Shown: positions 22,709 to 36,319 of the stretch, in pieces
Layout: each line of letters begins with the position of its first letter
Numbering within the stretch: the first letter of the stretch is position 1
DNA from: Microthyrium microscopicum
Taxonomy: Eukaryota
Length of the DNA: 64,000 bases
Reading direction: 5' to 3'
Assembly (NCBI GenBank): GCA_010405405.1
Contig: MU004235.1
Coordinates: forward strand, 1,809,539-1,873,538
Program-made: the position numbers and the translations under genes
Notes under the pieces: model-generated
Database searches by the model: none
Seen by the model: only the letters and a program-made list of their open reading frames with translations
What the model was told of the DNA's origin: nothing

Positions 22709-25381
22709 TTACAGAAAAGCATCAGCTGCAAGAGCTGAAAGTATCGTCACAATACCAGCGCCTTGAAGAGCTGATCGCGTTGTCGTGCTTCCCTTGCGAG
22801 CTCCAACAGAGCGGCTCCTTTCTTGTCCACTTCTGCTTTGGTCGTGATCATCTTGTCTTCCTTTAGAGGAATCTCTTCGAGTGGAAGAGCTGCGTGGCGG
22901 TGAGTATTCCCTCTCTGAAGAAGAATCTGGGTGTCTGGAGGAATTTCTCCTTGTTGAAGATTTTCGCCTAGTAGAGGAATCCTGCTTATAAGTCGTACTT
23001 TGAGACGAGCGGCGGTCCTTTCTGTCTCTATCCTGTTCTTTCTCTCTTTGGCGTTCTCTTTCATGTTCACTTTCTCGTTCTCGTTCACGCTCACGTTGCC
23101 TGTCTCTCTCGTCCCGTTCCCTACGCCTCTCCCTATCTTCTCTTTCTCTCCGCTGCTCCCTTTCTCTCTCCAATTCTCTTGGTCTCTCATCTTCTTGAAA
23201 GCTCACACTCGGCCTCTTGGATCTTTCCACCCTCTCACTCTGTCTCCGCTGCGGACCCATCGGAGGCGGTCTAGAAGCCGTACTCGATCTTCTGCGATCA
23301 CGACCACCTTGACCACGCTCAGCCATGCCATTTTCCTCTAGCACTTGATCTAGGTCGCGAGTTGTTGGAGCCCAAGACGGCACCATACTCCGCTTCCGAC
23401 CATCATCCGGTCTGGTCCTGACCAACTGCTGACTGCCTCTGCGCGCATCATCTTCGCGCCTGATTGCTTCACTGCGTTGCACGAGAGCGAGCACGTCAGC
23501 ATACTCAAGAGCGCGAGGGATCTCGTAGAACTTCCGAAAGCGTGTACGCTGCGCGTCTTCTACGCTACGCTGAATCACGCGTACTTCGCCCATACGACTT
23601 TCGCGTAGTGCAGAGGACTCGACTAGGCTTTTGGGAATCTCAGTGACGGTGTCGGATTCGTGAAGTGCACGGCCGGGAGGGAGCGTGCTGTTGTTGTGCA
23701 TCATGATGCCATTTTCGTAGTCCCAGGTGTTATTGCGTAGACGACGGCGCCAGTGTATGGGAATCTCGTAGTCTGGTTCACTGGAAGAGTGGGTAGAGAT
23801 CACGGATGGAGGCACGGCGGTGGTGTTGAATGATTGTTGCATCATACGCTGGGAGATGGAGGAATGGATTGATGGTCCAGATTGCGTTGAGATCACAGAC
23901 TGAGGCGCTGTTGGTGGGCCGGGGAAGGAGAGGGTTGTGCGTTGCATTAATGATGGGAGAGCGCCTAATAAGTGAGAGGATGGTGGTGAGGCTGGAAAGC
24001 TGGTTCGGCGGGCTTGGTTCAAAGAATGCGTCACAGCGAATGGTGGAGCATTCAATGTGTTGGGAGATGTGGAGAAGCTGGATCGTGGCGGCGGTGGTGG
24101 TATCCCGTTTGGAAAGTGCAGTGATGCTGGATCTGGTTGTGCTCCTGACATGACTGGCGATCCGGATGAGGACAGCCATCGATCTGGATTGTTGGGTGCT
24201 AGTCGCATGTCTGACATGACTGACGAATCCAAAGTCGATGTCCATTGTATTGGTCTAGCTGGCGCTGATTTCTGGCGATGCAACGGCAGTGGGATCGGAA
24301 TTGGGCTCGATATTGGTGTTGGGCATACGGTAACCGGCTCCAAAACTGGGGGTGGACCGTTACTCGGCCGACTGGATTTTCGTTTGTTCTTAGAGCGAAT
24401 CTCGTCAATATCTATCTCGTGGTCGTCTTCTACTGTCGCTCGCTGAGAGTTTCTACGAACAAGATCTTCTGGAAAAATGGAGTCATATGACAGCTTTGCG
24501 GTCTGAACCTGATCTCCATGGACCGCAGTCCAACGAGCTAGAAGGACATCGACATGCTGAGAGGTAACTTGCTTGATCTTTGCAATGGACTGACTGTACG
24601 ATTGTCGCTCTGATATGTTGCTCACCAAGGACTGTTCCTGGTAAGGAGCGAGATTCTCCACATTCAACTTGTCAGTGGCTATAATAACTATTGATGGTGA
24701 TTTAGGACTAGCATTTGCCTCTGAAGGTGGAGTCAACGGCCTGTCTTGTTGGAACCCTTGATAGAGGTCCATAGCTTTCACCAGAGCAATTTGTTGCTTG
24801 GCTACCAGACCCTCAATTGGAATCCGTGATGATGCTTTGATCATTTCGACTTGTTGAGCCGTGGCACATGCGCTGTGATTTGTGAGTCACAAGGAATCCC
24901 TAATCACGTCAGGATCATACCTTGATGCTAGAATCATTTGCCCAGCTTGAACACACTGTGCCATAACCGCTAGTGTGGAAGCGAGCGCATCGACGTATCC
25001 AGTTAGATATGGCACTTCTCGGGGCTTTGCATCATGCCATCCCCATCGTTGCTGTAGTGAAGACTCTAAGCTGCCGTCCTGACTTGGCTGCTCGTTACTG
25101 ATTAGAGCCTCAGCTCTATCAAAAGCTGCATGGCATTGCTCCACGAGGTCTGACAAATCGAATAGTGCCTTGGAAGATAGCACGGTGTTGCGCTGGCCTT
25201 GCTCAATTTGTAGAAATGTCGTGAATTGGGCCAATAACCCAGGCAAATGGTGGACTTTATCTGCAAGTTCGTGAAAGTTGTTGTGCTCATACAATCGAAA
25301 GGGTAGTTGACTTGAGCGAGTGAAGAGAAATTGGACCGAATTGACTAAAGTTGATAGCTTCTCTTTTGCCATTACCATCAT
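22709..25381 (-). CDS. Hypothetical protein: helical N-terminal domain, Pro/Ser-rich middle, Arg/Glu/Ser-rich C-terminus; exons 25381-24921, 24872-22709
   Basis: 164-aa and 711-aa ORFs joined in frame by a 48-nt GTATGA...CAG intron; start codon uncertain. Confidence 0.75.
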
Positions 25382-28300
25382 GGAGAGATTGATAAAAAGT
25401 GGTAGCCTGTTGGATTAAGTCTACTAGACACTCAGCAGGTATAAAGTGGCTGTCCAGGATTAGTGTTTGGTGCTTGGAAGCGAAACGAACAGAGTAAGGA
25501 GGTCTTGAGTTATAGCCGATCAGAGAAAGCAATCAAGCAATTGACAGCTATCTTGTTGAATCAGAAGGACGTTATCAAATACACACCACACCCTCAGATC
25601 AAGGAATGGATAAAGCTTTGGGTAATGCCTTGGGTGATCCAGCAGAACCGGTCGTGAAGTCGCCCTATGAGTTGGATCCAAAGTACTGGGAAATCAACAT
25701 GCGCTGATGAAAGCAGAGTGGTCGCATTAGGTGTAGTCCGGTATGCAAAGTGCTGCAGCTACATGGGGGAAGTATGCTATGTTTTTTGACCTGATGGTTG
25801 TCTTGCCAATTAAGTTGGTATATCTGGCCATCGTGACAGCCAACTTATGCCCAGTCAGGTCCGGCCATCCGCTCGGTGAAGCAACAGGACTTAGCGGCTT
25901 GATATGAAAACTAAAGTTATCGTAGATTCTGAACTGCTTAGCTGGATTGCTATCGCATGACTTGCAGAGCCGCAGATCCGGTCGGATTTGCGAACCATGA
26001 GGCAAATCTATTGGTGCTGGATCATGCGTCCACGAGGCAGCTTTTGGTGACGAGGCAGTGCTTTGTACCTAAGTTCTGCCTACTTTGGTACCCAAAGATA
26101 ATTCATATCGTTCTTCTCCTCTTCGGATCTTGATGCATATGAAAGGGCGATATTCTTCTTGATGTTGAGCTCAAACATCGTACCTTGCTTCGACTCCTCT
26201 TTCCTCCGCCCGCGATATGCAACTACGACTCTCTGCACTAGCCAAATCCGGCAGTCTCATCAGCAACCTCTACAGTAGACTTCTTTTCCGCCTGTCCTGA
26301 GGTAGGTGCTAGAAGTTATTTTGAGATAAGAAGTTGTAAACCCTTTCAAAATCAAAGGCTCTGAAGAAATCCATAACTCCTTTGCTAGGGAAACCCAGAG
26401 ATACCCTGTGAGGCTGACCGGTCGCATTTGGCCCAATCGAGACAGCTTGAATGTACACAGCCTTGACAGCCCCACCACACTCGCTTTATGCACACTGTAC
26501 AACATTCCTACTTGCGGCCAATTGATTTGACCGGTAGACTTGTCAAGCTAAGGAACGATATGCAAATGCTCCCAAGCAGTCTACGATCTATGGACCATGA
26601 ACCATGCCGACAGTTCTGATACCCAGTAGTGACACGAAGATGTAGGAATGAGTGAATCGAGAATATACATGAACCATGATCGATCAGGCTGAAGTGTTCC
26701 ATGTATATCGACTGGCCTTTTAATGGACGAAGAACTCGTCTTTTGAAGTTCTTAGTCTCTTCGCGGGAGTATTTGTCTCTGTTAGAAATCGAGACTATCA
26801 AGAGCCTCCATAGTATATTATTACTGCTAATAACCTCTCGCAGCCTTGTTCCGCTCAGTTGGAAATCCAATCATCATGTATTGGGATACTTGTCTCGGAT
26901 CCTCTATCCGGGCCGGTCCATTAAGGTTGGACAAGTGGAAATTCTGCTTCTCCAGCGAATGTTGTTATCTTAAGCCCAAGTTCGTCTGACATTATATTTT
27001 ATCGCCCGACGTGGGACTTCAAGCTGGTTGAAGACACGGGGCGATATCATACACCGCCGGTGCAAGATACTTTCCACGATTACCCTTACAATGAAATCCT
27101 TCTCACTTATGTATGTGACTGTTTTCGGATGACTTTGTTGTATACCTGTCCCTGAACATCAGGCATTTTCCAGAAGTCTTATGCTCGGCTTTTGTCCTCT
27201 CCCACAAGAACACAGTGCATGTAGTGGACGATTCAGTTCAATCACAAATGATGGTGACTCGAGGGCTCGTTAGAATATCAGACACAGTGTCAAGAAACCC
27301 TTCATACATGCTTTTATGCAAAATGTTGTCTGAATAATGGGACGAGTCAGGCAGAGAAGCAACGTTCCATCGTTGATGCTTCCATAACATTGAATCATCA
27401 CTGTGACTTCAAGCACTATTGTAATCTATCTCCTGCCTGTGCTCGCTACAAATGTGTTGGATGTTACTTGCTCTTTATTTTGCCATCGATCGGCCACATT
27501 CGACTGATCAACCGGGGTGAAAAGTGAGGCGGTCAAACGCGTCGCGACCAATGGCTGAAACCACGATGCGGTTATCTAGCCATGCTTTCACTCCACTTCG
27601 GCAGTTGAAAGCCGAGTAAGCGAAGCATTCAATGTGCGTCATGGGTACGATCATGGTAGGATGAGGCCACCTAAATTGTTGGATGCGCAGTTGTGTCTAG
27701 CTTGACCTTCTCCTACTACTTGATCACTGAGGCTCTGCGCATTTCTAACCAGAGATATGGTATTTCAGTCACGCCGGTCAGGTCTGACTATTCTCGTAGA
27801 TAAACACCTAGTATGTATGTTCATTCTAATGGTTCTCATTTACGCGGCTTTTTAGCCTCGAAGATAGGGTCTTTGATATGTTGCAAAGGCGGAAATATCA
27901 CTTTGAGCTGCGCGACTGCCTGAGGACTTGTTATTTTCTCGATACAGTCAATCAAAGACCTGCGTTGAGTTGATTCTGCTCGAACGGTGATCAAAAATGT
28001 CCAGGTTTCGCCAACTGTTTCGTATCGACACTGATACCAGCCCGCCATCACTGAGCAATACTCGACGCAACAGCGCTTGCCGCAACAGTCAGATCTACTT
28101 TTTCCTTGTTCTAACAAGTGAAATACATGATTTTCAAAATTCAATGATAGCATTGGCTCGATACACCCCATTGTGCAACATTCTAGGGAGGCCTTATTGG
28201 CTTTGTGCCAACTCTTTACGTCATGCTTCTGTAGCAAGCTGTTGAGTGCAGCTACAACCTGAGTCTAGCATCTCAAGATGGGAGCATTCTTCACTGGGCG

Positions 28301-29176
28301 ATTTTGCCGAAACCAGGATAAGCGGGATTGTGTCTTCATAAGAAATGCCGTGATCAACCATGATTTCCGCTTTCGTTTGAGTGATTCCGGTAATTTACCA
28401 CCTCATCAAATGTCTATTTTCAAGCACATGCTATGCACTAGAACGAAAAAGTATGTATGCGAGCATTCAGTTAATTTTCTCAAGATAGCCTTGTGTATCA
28501 AGGTTTCTGGTTTACTTATGGCACCTAGATTGGAGATATCTTGTCTTGGGCCGTTGCCAGCATCAATGCAGCTCAAGTATTTAAACTTATCATTATATCA
28601 AAGATAAAGTTGAAATGACGTTGATATTCGACTTGATTGATCGGGACATCTAATGGAAGAAAGCAATCTCTTACTTGGCGTAGATTGTATTTGAGGTTGT
28701 AGGATGGAGGACAGATAGGAGCACCTTTCACCCGTGCAAATGAATTCAGAGCGTGTAACAATTGAAGACAAAGGGGCCTTGAAGATGGCCCAGAAGTTTT
28801 GAAATTAATTTAACAGTCGCACCTTATCAGTGGACCTGATATTTGTTTTTCCCTGGTGTGATGGATCCTGCAGTCCGGTCAAGTTATTCTATACATTCCT
28901 TGACCAAGACACTGCACTGCCTTACCAGCTTTATCGGAGAAAAAAAGTCAAAATTGTCGAGAGGCATTAGTAATAACATTTGCGACAGCTCTCATCTTTC
29001 ATATCTGGTCTCATTACTGTAAACATCGGAAAATACCACTCCTTCTTCCAGCCTTTCAACATGCTCCCTGTGATCAATTTGCTCAATAAAGCGGACGACA
29101 TCATATGTGTGCTAAAGAACCTGGAAAACGATGGAGAGTATGTTATTACCTCGGACCTGTGGCAAAGCTTTCTGGG

Positions 29177-30193
29177 CTAAACAGCAAGACTTTTCTCAAG
29201 TTCTTTTAAGCTCTTCACAGCATCCACAACAGTCTCCTCGATCGTATGATATTTGATGCCCAGTACCTTTTCAGCCTTCGAACCGTCAAGAGTGTATACC
29301 GGAGGTAAAGGCTGATTTGCTTTGCCTTCAGGGGTAGAGTCGCGAAGCTCTGGAAATTTGTCTCGAATAATATCAACAAACTTTTGGTAGCTATAGTTAC
29401 CACTGCAAACAATAAACCGCTGATTCGCAGCTTCCTCCGACTCATAAGCCTTCAAATGAGCTTGGGCGACGTCACGGGGATCTGTCCAGCAGTAAAAGGT
29501 GGTGTCCGGAACGGTCTTTTCACTGCCATTGAATAGGCGAAAAATATCGGCACTGGATGTGTTCAGCTTGTCCATGCTGTCGACAGAGTGGCGCAAAGGT
29601 CCGTAGACCATGGGTGGACAAATTGTAGTGATGCTGAAGTTCGGCGATTCGTTCTTAACGAAATCCCAAGCCGCATGCTCTGCAAGAGTTTTGGACACTG
29701 AGTAAGCATTTGCCGGATCAGTTGTATGAGCTTCTTCGATTGTCATTGGGTTCCAGTCTGCTTCAGTGTAATTGTAGCCCGGGCGAAGGCCCTTGTTGTA
29801 GTCCAGAATGCAAGAAAACGAAGCAGTCATCACAACACGTTTGACTTTTGGGTTGAACTGCTTGATGGCTTTCAGCATGGAAAGAGTGCCGTTGCGAGCT
29901 GGTTCGAAGAGCTCCTTGTCGTAGTCTTTTGCATTGAGAATGAAAGGGCTGGCCATGTGGACTACACCGTCCACATCCTTGACGGCTTCGTCAAAGGCTC
30001 CAAGAACGGCGATGTTTGGCACTATCACGAAAGAAAGTGCATCACCATATTTGCCATGTGTTTTACGCACTTTTTTAGTGCTGTTTTCGGATCGCACGGC
30101 GGCACGTACGTTGTATCCAGCGCCTAGGAAAGCGTCTAGAACGTGGGCGCCGATGAAACCGGAGGCTCCACTGATGAGGATTGTTTTGGTCAT
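29177..30193 (-). CDS. NAD(P)-dependent epimerase/dehydratase-fold carbonyl reductase (Gre2/aldehyde reductase II-like)
   Basis: SGASGFIG Rossmann motif, VVHMASP, YSVSK catalytic YxxxK, PPMVYGP, DPRDVAQAH; intronless. Confidence 0.92.
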   Translation of the reverse strand: MTKTILISGASGFIGAHVLDAFLGAGYNVRAAVRSENSTKKVRKTHGKYGDALSFVIVPNIAVLGAFDEAVKDVDGVVHMASPFILNAKDYDKELFEPARNGTLSMLKAIKQFNPKVKRVVMTASFSCILDYNKGLRPGYNYTEADWNPMTIEEAHTTDPANAYSVSKTLAEHAAWDFVKNESPNFSITTICPPMVYGPLRHSVDSMDKLNTSSADIFRLFNGSEKTVPDTTFYCWTDPRDVAQAHLKAYESEEAANQRFIVCSGNYSYQKFVDIIRDKFPELRDSTPEGKANQPLPPVYTLDGSKAEKVLGIKYHTIEETVVDAVKSLKELEKSLAV

Positions 30194-31483
30194 TTTGACA
30201 AGGTCTGTAGCGCAGCGAATACGACAGGTCTTGACAATAATGTGCTGCGTGATGCTCAGGATTGAAAAGATGATGAGCTATGTGAAGACGGGAGAATATT
30301 GTTAGACAAGACGATGCCTTTTCCCAGTGAAGTCTCAGATAACTAACGGAATAATGAAGCTAAATCTGTCGGAGGCGTTTATATCTATAGAGCCGAATGA
30401 GAAGATGACTGAGTTAATAGACAGTTCAAATTTTGCCGTGGTGGCTGATCTTATATTCGGTTCTCGTTTCGCAGGGGCATTCTCTTTCCCACGATACAGG
30501 CCACATCTGTTGCAACCAGCACAAGGAACCCATCAATAGCTTGCTAAAACTCCTCTTATCAAAGAGATACGCTGGATGACATCAACTTCGCATAGCCCAT
30601 CAGTGATGATTAGACATTTTATCTTCGGCATAGCCAGCTCAGAATGCTCTAATCCCAGAATTTGAGGTAGAGCCTTGTACAAAGACTGAAAACAGGTTTT
30701 ATGGCAGGATCCGGCAGTTCAAAACCTCACGGAGTACTCCATTGCAGAACCATGGTTTTGCCAAGCTGTCGCTTAATACCCAAGAGATTCATGCTGCTCC
30801 CATATTGGGAAGTTGCAGGGTTTGTTTTTAAGCCTTACAAATGAGCGTTTTCCCTCCACACAAACATGATGTGTCGATCATATCTCAACTGTCCAAATAA
30901 TCCTTGAGACTATGCCGAAATGGCGTGTTGTCTGGATTTTACTTCGTATTCGTTTTGGTACGGCCTGTTGGCATCCTAATTTGTATTAACGCAGCTGAAG
31001 TCGATGTGTTTCTGAACTCACATATACCATATGCCATTGACTTTGAGCTTGGTGACATCATTTTGATTGAAGGATTCTCGCTGCATAGACGACGACGACT
31101 AAGAGAGCTGACGGTAGGTCGCAATGAGTCAATCGAAATCGAGTGTTGTGAAATTGACATGGTGATAATATTTTGCGTCAACATGACAGCAACATGTGAA
31201 CTTTCTAAGCGAAGATTTCGAGGATGACAGCTGATAGCTGACCTCTCAGACTGATCGCAATCAGAACGAAGCAAGGAGCCAGGTTCTGAAAGCTATCAGT
31301 GGGAATACCATGTTGGCATACATGCAGAAAATCCGAACATACCGTAGCTAGATCTGACGTGTATAAATATAGAGACCCAGTCAGACGAACATTTGACTTC
31401 TTTAATATCGAACCATCATCTGAATTAACGCAAATCTTGTGAACCAATCTTAACCAAGATCAGAATCTCACAACAACGAAACT

Positions 31484-32860
31484 ATGGCACCAGAATCCCA
31501 CTTCAAGACCATCAACCCAGCCAATGGGGAGCTGATCAAGTCCTTCCCATCGGCTAATGACGAGGAAGTCCACGCCGCCCTCGACAAAGCGCACGAAGTC
31601 TACACCAAGGACTGGCGCCATCGCTCTGTGGAAGATCGATGCAAGATCATGGGCAAAGCAGCCGAGCTAATGCGCCAGCGTAAACAAGAGCTGGTAGAAC
31701 TCGCCGTCCTGGAGATGGGCAAGACTATCGCCGGCATGCAGTGGGAAGTGGACCTCTCCGCTGATATACTTGCGTACTACGCGGACCATGGTTCCGAGTT
31801 TCTCGCACCAAAGCCGCTACCAGACGCTCCCGGCGCTGTCGTAGTCTCGGACCCCATTGGCGTCGTACTGGCCATTGAGCCATGGAACTTTCCATACTAT
31901 CAGATTGCTCGCGTCGCCGGTCCACAGCTCGTCGTTGGCAATACTGTTTTACTCAAGCATGCAGCTTCCGTGCCACAATGCGCTCTTGCAGTTGAGAAGC
32001 TGTTCGTTGATGCTGGCGCGCCACCAGGCGTGTACACAAATTTGTTTTGCTCGATCTCCCAAGTCAATGATCTCATTGTCGACTCTCGTGTGCGCGGCAT
32101 TACTCTGACGGGCAGCGAACGGGCTGGAGCATCTGTTGCCGAGCTTGCTGGGCGCAATCTCAAGAAAGTCGTTTTGGAGCTGGGCGGATCCGATCCACTT
32201 ATCGTGTTGGAAGACGCACCTCTTCAAGATGCAATTGAGACAGGCGTCAACATGCGGCTATTTTCCATGGGCCAGGCATGTACGGCTACCAAGCGCTTCA
32301 TTGTTGTTGGCAAGGAGCGTGGCCAGATTTTTGCTGAAGGAGTTGTAAAGAAGTTTGCCGAATTGAATGCTGGTGATCCAATGGATCCAAAAACTACGCT
32401 TGGGCCTTTGTATGCTGAAGCAGGTCTCAAGGGACTCCTCGAGCAGGTGGAAGAAGCCAGAGCGGCGGGTGCGACTGTTGTCTGTGGTGGTGGAAAGATC
32501 GATCGTCCGGGATTTTACATGGAGCCGGCTCTAATCACCAACATCGATCGGAAAAACCCTCTGTTTATGAAAGAGACTTTTGGTCCCATTGCATCGCTGT
32601 ATGTTGTCGATAACGAGGAAGAGGCAATTGAGCTAGCCAACGCGACACCCTACGGTTTGGCTTCGATTGTCTACTCTTCAAACCACGAGCGTGCCCAGAA
32701 AGTGGCTAGACAGATTGAAGCTGGTATGGTCTTCATCAACCAGATGTTTACTACTCAGCCTAACTTGCCATTTGGAGGCGTAAAGAATTCTGGTTTCGGG
32801 AGAGAACTGTCTGAATTGGGTATCAATGAATTTATCAACAAGAAGCTTATTAAAGCTTGA
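31484..32860 (+). CDS. Aldehyde dehydrogenase, succinate-semialdehyde dehydrogenase (Sad/GabD1)-like
   Basis: INPANGE, EPWNFPYYQ, LTGSERAG, ELGGSDP (catalytic Glu), GQACTATKR (catalytic Cys), ETFGP, PFGGVKNSGFGREL; intronless 458 aa. Confidence 0.93.
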   Translation: MAPESHFKTINPANGELIKSFPSANDEEVHAALDKAHEVYTKDWRHRSVEDRCKIMGKAAELMRQRKQELVELAVLEMGKTIAGMQWEVDLSADILAYYADHGSEFLAPKPLPDAPGAVVVSDPIGVVLAIEPWNFPYYQIARVAGPQLVVGNTVLLKHAASVPQCALAVEKLFVDAGAPPGVYTNLFCSISQVNDLIVDSRVRGITLTGSERAGASVAELAGRNLKKVVLELGGSDPLIVLEDAPLQDAIETGVNMRLFSMGQACTATKRFIVVGKERGQIFAEGVVKKFAELNAGDPMDPKTTLGPLYAEAGLKGLLEQVEEARAAGATVVCGGGKIDRPGFYMEPALITNIDRKNPLFMKETFGPIASLYVVDNEEEAIELANATPYGLASIVYSSNHERAQKVARQIEAGMVFINQMFTTQPNLPFGGVKNSGFGRELSELGINEFINKKLIKA

Positions 32861-34966
32861 GGCTTTGTGAAATTGGTTGTTGATTATGAATCTTGACGTT
32901 TATGCACTCGGAAATGAACAATTTTGTATTTCTGTCAAGTAGTGCTCTCGCTGTATGCTAATACTAAGAAATACATCTCTCAAATCTGATCGTGTCTTGC
33001 CCGTCTTGCCACTGGCCATCTCCAATGACCTAAGAAGAGTATGGAGTCTGAGGGGTAGCCATGCTTGTCGATAATAAGGTCATAGTACATGAGAAAGTTT
33101 TCAAATATCATTAGACAAGGTACTGAGCGCAAATCTTGGACTACTGTTGTTTGCCGAATGGAAAGCACTTGCCGGTGTGTTACCCGTAGGTTCCACCAGC
33201 ACGAAAGAAGCTGAGCATTTGCAGAAGCCGTTGATTGGTCGAAACCAAGTTCAACTGCTTTGAAGGAAGCTTTCTATTGGCTGATAAGCGCCATGGAGAG
33301 TACTAGCGTAACACACTCAATAGCTCGCTCTTTTCAACAGTTGGAACATTGAACGTTGCGGAAATGCGATCAGTACGATACATTTAGCTTGGTTCAATTT
33401 AGCGCTGCCCACCAGATGGCAAGATAGTTGAGCAAGCCAGAAGCAAATCGGTGAGCCTCAACAAAACGTGGACTTTTGCAGCCGCTACTGCCGAGAATCT
33501 AGTTAGGAAATCCTGGCTTAAGGCTTCAATGTTGACAAGAAGAAATCAAAGATACTAAGAGCTGACATGCTTCAAAATCTAGAATGAAGACTTTTTATCT
33601 ACTACAAAGTAGGTGGGCTTTAAAGGTGAAGTTTTCATCCATCTCACGAAATTAATACGCTCCCAGCCATAGATCCAGTATGGACTAGATTCAGTGCCTA
33701 AACCTTCTAGCATTATTGCACTAAGGTTTGGCAATAGGAGCCACGCAGAGATATCTCTAAGAAGCATATCATACGCGTTCCCGATTACAACCTCTTAGAG
33801 ATACTAAAAATAGCACTGACTATGGTCATGCTTGATTAGCCAAGTTAGTGTTGTATAGGAGCCTAGCCTAGGCATAGAACCAACATACAATCGTCGGATA
33901 TTCGAAAAGACAAGCAAAGCAGATATATTATAATAGACGCCATTCACACCATAAACCTAATCACTTTCTGAATACCCCCTAGGTACGCGCCCGTACGTTC
34001 TTTCTCATGCATAGCTTTCCCATCCGTGATAGTAGAGAACTACGTGATGCTTAGCGAGTATTTTTCTAGATGCGATAGAGACTTCGCTAGCCAAGGCTCT
34101 CCATATTGCAAGCTTTTTAGTAAATGAACAGTCTTACTATAAGTCAGAGAAGAAAAAGGGAGGTAAAATTCTAGAAGATAAGCGAGTATCCAAGATTGCG
34201 TTCGGGGCGGGGCGGTAATAACTACCTCAAGTGTTTGCAATGGTGCAACAGAGTATCCATTAAGATACTCACTATTATCTCTTTGGTATTTAACTAACTA
34301 GCTTTTGTGATAGTTGTGTTCCTATATTAGATTTTGCCCTATATGATGAGTACGCTTACAGACGAGGATAATATTCGGCAATCCTTTAGGTCGAGTATGG
34401 TTGATTATACTGCAAAGTAGTTCGGACGGTAAACTGAGCAAAGTGGGTTTTGGATGAGCCATGTGCAATATGAATGTGAAGTGCACTATGAAGAGAGGTT
34501 GGTACTCTAGTAAAGCAATTGTCTACATTTGATGCTGGCGGCCAGTCGACTTTATAACTCGATCCTTCTGATCTAATCGTAAGAATAGATACAAGCACAT
34601 AATCTAAACAATATACATCCCTACACTCTCAGTCTAGTGGTTTACACTGCAAAGACCTTGTGGAGCCATAAAGCTTCGTCGATTTTCAGCCGTCCTGAGT
34701 TTCTGCCCTCATGGATGCTACCAACCAGAATGCTTCATGAATTGTTTCCTCATTCTTACGAGATCAAACGGACGGTAAACGCATGTGTGATCCCAAAGAT
34801 ATACTCCTGTTGTTGGATAAAGCACATTTGATCGGAAAATTCAGTACAGCGCCAATGGAAATTATTTCAGGTACTATACTCCTGTATTGACATTATTGCC
34901 AAGTTTTCGATATTCAACAACGAATACTCATTATGGATGTTTGAAAGAATATTATCATAGATGTGA

Positions 34967-35855
34967 CTAGAGAAATTGGGATGGCATGCCCAATCTGTCA
35001 AGACTATCTAGAGTTGCCATATGGTCTTTCGCAATGCAGAAGTCAAAGGCTTCGAGGTTCTGTTTGATACGCTCCTCCTTCTCACTTCTCACCAATGGAA
35101 CCCAGCCTTTCTGCAAACAATAACGAATCAGAATTTGAGCAGGCGACTTCCCAATTCTTTCCGCAATATTCCCAAGCATTGGATCCCTCAACTTCTTGCC
35201 TCCCGTGAGGGGACTAAAAGCCTGGAGTACAATGCCTTGTGTACTGCAGTACTCAACCAAATCGCGCTGCTGTGTCCAAGGATGCAACTGCAACATTTAG
35301 TCATGTTTTGCTAAAACTCAGTGAGCTTACCAGTATCTGATTGACCGCCGGTGGCCAATAAGTAGCATACTCCTTCATCTCTTCTAAATGTTCCGTCAGG
35401 TAGTTGCTCACTCCAATCGCTTTAGCTTTGCCCTCTTCGTGCAGCTTTTCCAGTGCTAGCCATAACTCCTTGCGTTCCTTTGGTTTCAAACCATGAGGTG
35501 AATGAATGAGGAACAGGTCGACATATCCCTCTTCTCGGGGATCAATCTTTTGAACGCTTTGGAGAACACGAAGATAGGTTTTTCCTTTTCCAAGGCGCGG
35601 ATAGCGCACCTTGGTCGTCACAAAGATGTCTTCCCGGGGTAGATTGCTTTGATGCAGAGCAAAACCCACTTCCTCCTCGTTTTGATAGATCTGGGCTGTG
35701 TCGATGAGGCGGTAGCCAGCGGAAAGAGCACAGAGACATGCTTGCGTGGTCTTAGGGCGATCAATTTCGTATACTCCGAAGCCGAGGATAGGCATCTGAG
35801 TACCAGAATCTCCAAGAGAGATTCTTGAGGTCAGCGTCAATTCGTCGTCCGCCAT
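34967..35855 (-). CDS. Aldo/keto reductase; exons 35855-35331, 35287-34967
   Basis: MPILGFGVY, GYRLIDTAQIY, TTKV, DLFLIHSP, AIGVSNY, QAFSPL, QILIRYCLQKG; 43-nt GTAAGC...CAG intron. Confidence 0.9.
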
Positions 35856-36319
35856 TTGTTTGGATTGTAGTTAAAATGCGCAGCGATATACGATGCTTCG
35901 TATGCGAATCATCCCATTTTATATGGCTGCTCATCTAGGAGGCTTAAATCAAAATTTCTAGTGCATTGACCGGGGTGTAATCCTTCGGGATTCGAGGCTC
36001 ATACCTTCCCGATGCATGCTAGGATGACGGGATGGATTACATTCTTTTACTAAGACTTCTAATCTCTTTGTGTCACGCCGTGTCCCAGGCACAGCGTTGT
36101 GTAATCCAAGACCAAAAGAAGTCAGGCAGGCTTATGAAGGTAGGAATATACGGTGTTCTAGGCAGGAATGTTCATTTATTTGGAATGGACCAATGAGATA
36201 GCAAGGCACTACCATAAGGCTGCACGCAAGGCTGAGCATAGTTTGTGCGAGACCAAAAACTTGGTTGCGTTAAGTTGATCATATCTAACAATGGCAGTAA
36301 AGGAACTTGCTGGAATATA

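Noticed and set aside
22747..24490. Overlapping antisense and alternative-frame ORFs within the 22709-25381 gene
   Set aside because: Shadows of low-complexity coding sequence.
25700..28900. Fragmentary ORFs suggesting a decayed gene
   Set aside because: No recognisable domain or consistent spliced frame could be built by eye.
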